NCBI GenBank assembly: GCA_963749155.1
Contig: CAVVLO010000005.1
Span: 545,043-609,042 of the forward strand
DNA length: 64,000 nt
Direction: 5' to 3'
DNA from: an uncultured Armatimonadia bacterium
Lineage (GTDB): Bacteria; Armatimonadota; Zipacnadia; CAVVLO01
Under the pieces are notes generated by a model. That model searched no databases. It was not told the origin of the DNA and worked only from the letters and a program-made list of their open reading frames with translations. Position 1 is the first letter of the stretch; the number at the start of each line of letters is the position of its first letter. The position numbers and the translations under genes were made by a program. Shown here piece after piece: positions 60,025 through 64,000 of this stretch.

Positions 60025-63000
60025 ATGACTAGGCAACAGAAGATCCTGATAGTGGACGACAGGGAGGATAACCTGTTTACCCTCAGGCAAATCTTGAGCG
60101 GCGTAGATGCCGAGATCATCGAGGCTAACACAGGCAACGAGGCCCTTGCCGCCTCTCTCGACCACGATTTTGCTCTGGCCATCCTCGATGTGATGATGCC
60201 GGAAATGTCCGGCTAACGAGCTTGCCAATCATCTGCGCGGTGATAAGAAGACGCAGTTGATCCCGATTGTCTTCCTGAGCGCCAGCCATCTGGATGAGCA
60301 GAGTCAGTTCAAGGGTTACGAGTCAGGCGCCATTGACTATATCGTTAAACCCTATGCGCCTGAAGTCCTGTTGAGCAAGGTCAACATATTTCTTGAACTC
60401 GACCGTAGCAAGCGCGAGCTGCAGCGGCACCGCGACCATCTCGAGTTACTCGTCGCAGCGCGCACGACCGAGTTGATCCAACGGGTCAAGGAGACCAAGT
60501 GCCTCTACGCTCTTTCGAGTCTGGTTGTAGAACAACGCATATCAGTCGAAGAGACCTTGAGCGCTGCGGTAGACCTGATTCCACCCGGCCGGCAGTATCC
60601 GGAGATCACTCGTGCCAGGCTCCTCTTCGAGGACAAAGCATATGCCCCAGCGGATTTCGTAGACACGCCGTGGAAACAGTCTGCTGACATCATGCTCTCG
60701 GGAGAGGCGGTTGGGACAGTTGAGGTTTGCTACCTGGAGGAGAAACCCCCCCTCGACGAAGGGCCCTTCCTCAGGCAGGAGCGAGACCTGCTCAACGATA
60801 TTGGCCGGCAACTTGGCGTGATGATTGCGCGCAAACAGGCCGAGAACACCCTGATGATCAGGAGGCGCATCGCCGAGGCCTTTCTCAAGTACCCGGATGA
60901 CGGAGTCTATGAAGAGGTGCTACGAATCGTTTTGGAGGTTATGGACAGCGAGTCTGGCGCTCTCGGTTACCTGGACGAGGAAGGCTCCCTAGTGTTTCCC
61001 GTAATGACCCGGTATGGCCCGGACAGAGCTGAAACCCTTGGCAAAGATATCGTATTCCCGCGCGAGACCTGGGGCGACAGCAGCTGGCCGCGAGCCATCA
61101 GGGAGAAAACTACGATCTTCAGCAACACCCCCTCTATCAATATCCCCGAAGGGCATGTTGCTATCTCCAGGCATATCTCGCTTCCCCTGATGCAACGAGG
61201 CGAGGCCAGGGGCCTTATTCAGGTGGCCAACAAGGCGACAGACTATACCAAAACGGATGTGGTACGTCTCGAGACCATCGGTGAAGTCCTTGCTCCGCTC
61301 CTGTCAGTGAGAACCCAGCGAGACAAGCTCGAGCGGCAGCACCGGATAGGAGAAGAGTGGGAGCAGCTGCGGCTCGCTGCGCTTGAACTGCTGAACCGGT
61401 CGCCGGACTGTTCGGAGGCAATCCGGGAAATCCTGACCCTGCTAAGAGAACATACAGGGCTTGAGGCAGTAGGTATTCGGCTGCGCGATGGCGATGACTT
61501 CCCCTACTATGAGACTCAAGGGTTTCCCGAGGAGTTTATCCAAACCGAGTGCTCGCTGTACCAGCGGGACGAAGCGAGCGAGCTTCTGCGAGACCCAGAG
61601 GGGAACCCGGTGCTTGCCTGTATGTGTGGGAGCATCCTCCGCGGCCGTACCGACCCCAGCTTGCCAGTCTTCACAGAGGGAGGGAGTTTCTGGACCAACA
61701 GCATCAGCGAGCTTCTGGCTTCGACAAGTGAAGAGGAACTCGCAACCCGTGCGCCAGTTCGCTGCCAGGCTGAGGGCTATGAATCCCTCGCTCTGATTCC
61801 TCTGCGCGCGGGAGCCGAAATTACTGGGTTGCTGCAGTTCAACGACCCTCGCCCTGGCCAGCTAACCCCAGACCTGATACGGTTCTTTGAGAGCCTGGCC
61901 TCCAGCATCGGTATGGCGCTTGCCCGCCGGGAGTCGGAGGAGGCCTACAGGACACTGTTCGAGGGGATGGCTGAGGGGGTGCTTGTGGTTGAGCGCCAGA
62001 CAACCCACATCAGGCTGGCCAATCCGGCCATCTGCAAGTTGTTCGGATACACGGAGCAAGAACTGACGAGACTCGGTGTGGCGGATATCTGCCCCAAGGA
62101 ATCGCTTGCCCAGGCTTTCCTCGAACTGGGGGGGGGAGCGTTGGGCGAGACATCGCATGCAGAGAGTATTCCCCTCCTGCACAAGGACGGAGTCATTATA
62201 TATGCTGACCTTAGCTTGGCCTCGATCGAGTTTGGCGGTCACGAAGGCTTGGTCGTCTTTATCCGAGATATCACCGAGACCAGAAAGCTGGAAGAGCAGT
62301 TCCGCCAGGCCCAGAAGCTTGAGGCTGTCGGCCAACTGGCAGGTGGGATCGCCCACGACTTCAATAACCTCCTCACGATCATTCTGGGTTATGGGAACAG
62401 CATCCTCGATGGACTGCACAGAGAAGACCCTCTGCGAGAAGGCGTTAGTGAGATCGTAAAAGCAGGCCAGAGGGCCGCGGTGCTGACACGCCAATTGCTG
62501 GCTTTCAGCCGCAAGCAGACCCTCCAGCCCAAGGTGCTTGATCTGAACGCCGTGGTTGGGAACCTCCAGATCATGCTGCGTCGGGTAATCGGCGAGGATA
62601 TCGAGTTCACTACAGTGCTGGATGAGGAGCTCGGGCGCACAAAGGCTGACCCCGGCCAACTCGAACAGGTCATCATGAACCTGACTGTCAACGCCCGGGA
62701 CGCGATGCCCGAGGGCGGCACCCTGATTATCAAGACCGCCAACATCGAGCTGGACCAGGAGTGCGCGGAGGAGCGCGTGGGCGTCGTGCCTGGCAGGTAT
62801 GTGATGCTCGCTGTTACCGACACGGGCAGCGGGATGGATGAGGAGACCAGGTCCAGGTTGTTTGAGCCCTTCTTCACTACAAAGGAGCAGGGCAAGGGCA
62901 CAGGGCTTGGTCTGTCTACGGTCTACGGCATCGTTAAGCAGACAGGAGGCAATATCTGGGTCTATAGCGAGCCAGGTAAGGGCACGACCTTCAAGATCTA

Positions 63001-63460
63001 CCTGCCACGCACGGACGATGAGCCAACCACTGAGGTCACCCGTGTCGAGGAGCAGAGATTGCAGGGCAAGGGAGAGTCCGTGCTTGTGGTTGAGGATGAA
63101 CTTATGGTCCGCAACTTGCTCAAGGCGATGGTTGCGAGATTGGGGTACCAGGTGACCGTGGCCTCGAATGGCGGAGAAGCACTGCTCGCTGTCGAGGAGG
63201 CGGGATTGAGGCCTGATCTGGTGATAACGGACGTGGTCATGCCTGGGATGAGTGGTCCAGTGCTAGTGGAACGCCTTCGCAAGAGCTTGCCCGAAGCGAA
63301 GGTGCTCTATATCTCAGGCTATGCCGACAACGCCATCATCCATCATGGGGTTCTCGACTCGGACATAAACTTAATGCAGAAGCCCTTCAGTGTAGGTGAC
63401 CTCGCCATGAACCTTCAAAAGTTGCTACAGCCCAAGGCGAAACCGCAGGAAGAGGCGTAA
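60025..63460 (+). CDS. Hybrid histidine kinase: REC, GAF, GAF, PAS, HisKA-HATPase, REC; frameshift at 60215-60216
   Basis: [16 protein letters not shown](Y)ELA rejoined by removing one [36 protein letters not shown]-terminal REC. Confidence 0.92.
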
Positions 63461-63656
63461 GCGCACTCGGGCAAGGGCCCTGTTCAGTGCTTCGGCCAAC
63501 TCCTTGGAGTTTTTACCTCTACCTAAGGTGATTAGCTTCCTTATACACTTGCAAAACGCAGGTTTTCCAAGGCTTGCCGTCTCATGGTATAGAGGATGGA
63601 TTATGTGCTATAGTTCCCACAGCTACGCCCTTTGTACGGAAACAGGAGGTAGTCTT

Positions 63657-64000
63657 ATGTTCGACCCGACAGTGAAACTGACCGAGGCTGGAATCAAGGC
63701 CTTGCCCCCGCTTGCGGTTGATGGCGCCTGGGGTACCGAGCTTGCGAAGTTGGGCGCCGGGGCTGGCGAGATGTGCGATCCCTGGAATATCTCAGCTCCC
63801 GAGAAAGTGCTTGCCGTCGCCCAGAGTTATGCCGAAGCGGGCGCTCAGATAATTCTGACCAATACTTTTAACAGCAACCGCATTGCGCTCGAGCGCCACG
63901 GCCTGGCGGACCAGGCGGTCAGCATAAACAGGGCAGGGGCCGAACTGTCCAGACAGGCCGCAGTGGGGAAGGCTTATGTCTTCGCCTCGATGGGGCCGAC
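63657..64000 (+). CDS. Homocysteine S-methyltransferase domain (MetH N-terminal module); runs off the window
   Basis: AGGAGG RBS; manual translation ...AVDGAWGTEL...WNISAPEKV...Y.EAGAQIILTNTF..N...L..HGL...INRAGAEL...VFASMGP. Confidence 0.9.
   Translation, partial: MFDPTVKLTEAGIKALPPLAVDGAWGTELAKLGAGAGEMCDPWNISAPEKVLAVAQSYAEAGAQIILTNTFNSNRIALERHGLADQAVSINRAGAELSRQAAVGKAYVFASMGP

Noticed and set aside
1..64000. CRISPR arrays, tRNA/rRNA genes, IS elements, prophage genes
   Set aside because: None recognised; intergenic regions are short and lack repeat-spacer periodicity, cloverleaf motifs or terminal inverted repeats.

Overview
A 64-kb, GC-rich bacterial chromosomal segment from a diderm organism (secretin, lipoproteins) that is probably anaerobic (two-gene SufC/SufB 'SMS'-type Fe-S system, DUF362). 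It is rich in large secreted carbohydrate-active proteins; the gene style is reminiscent of Armatimonadota-like lineages, but that is an inference only. In order: partial Gln-dependent nadE; an smsC-smsB-TerY_C-TPR operon; ~25 kb of glycan/sugar genes (orphan GH-like proteins with CBMs, xylose-isomerase family, GH116, FAD oxidoreductase, epimerase, DUF362); a HAD / DHS-fold / HldE-like kinase / DUF554 operon; a 13-kb type IV filament locus; a degenerate VapBC pair; an ArsB/NhaD transporter, a TlpA-like protein and a GH42-like protein; a CheR/CheB + hybrid histidine kinase cluster without chemoreceptors; and the start of a homocysteine methyltransferase. The filament locus is the most unusual part. 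It has a membrane-anchored PilP/GspC-like domain fused to two LysM domains, a PilM-PilN fusion, an AMIN-less secretin, a PilB with a degenerate MshEN motif, and three paralogous pilins sharing a C-terminal HF..[DN]W[KR]...H motif. At least 18 frameshifts are present, at least 13 of them within 6.3 kb of the pilus locus. Most are single extra bases in short homopolymers and are most likely long-read assembly errors. No rRNA, tRNA, CRISPR array, integrase or transposase was recognised.
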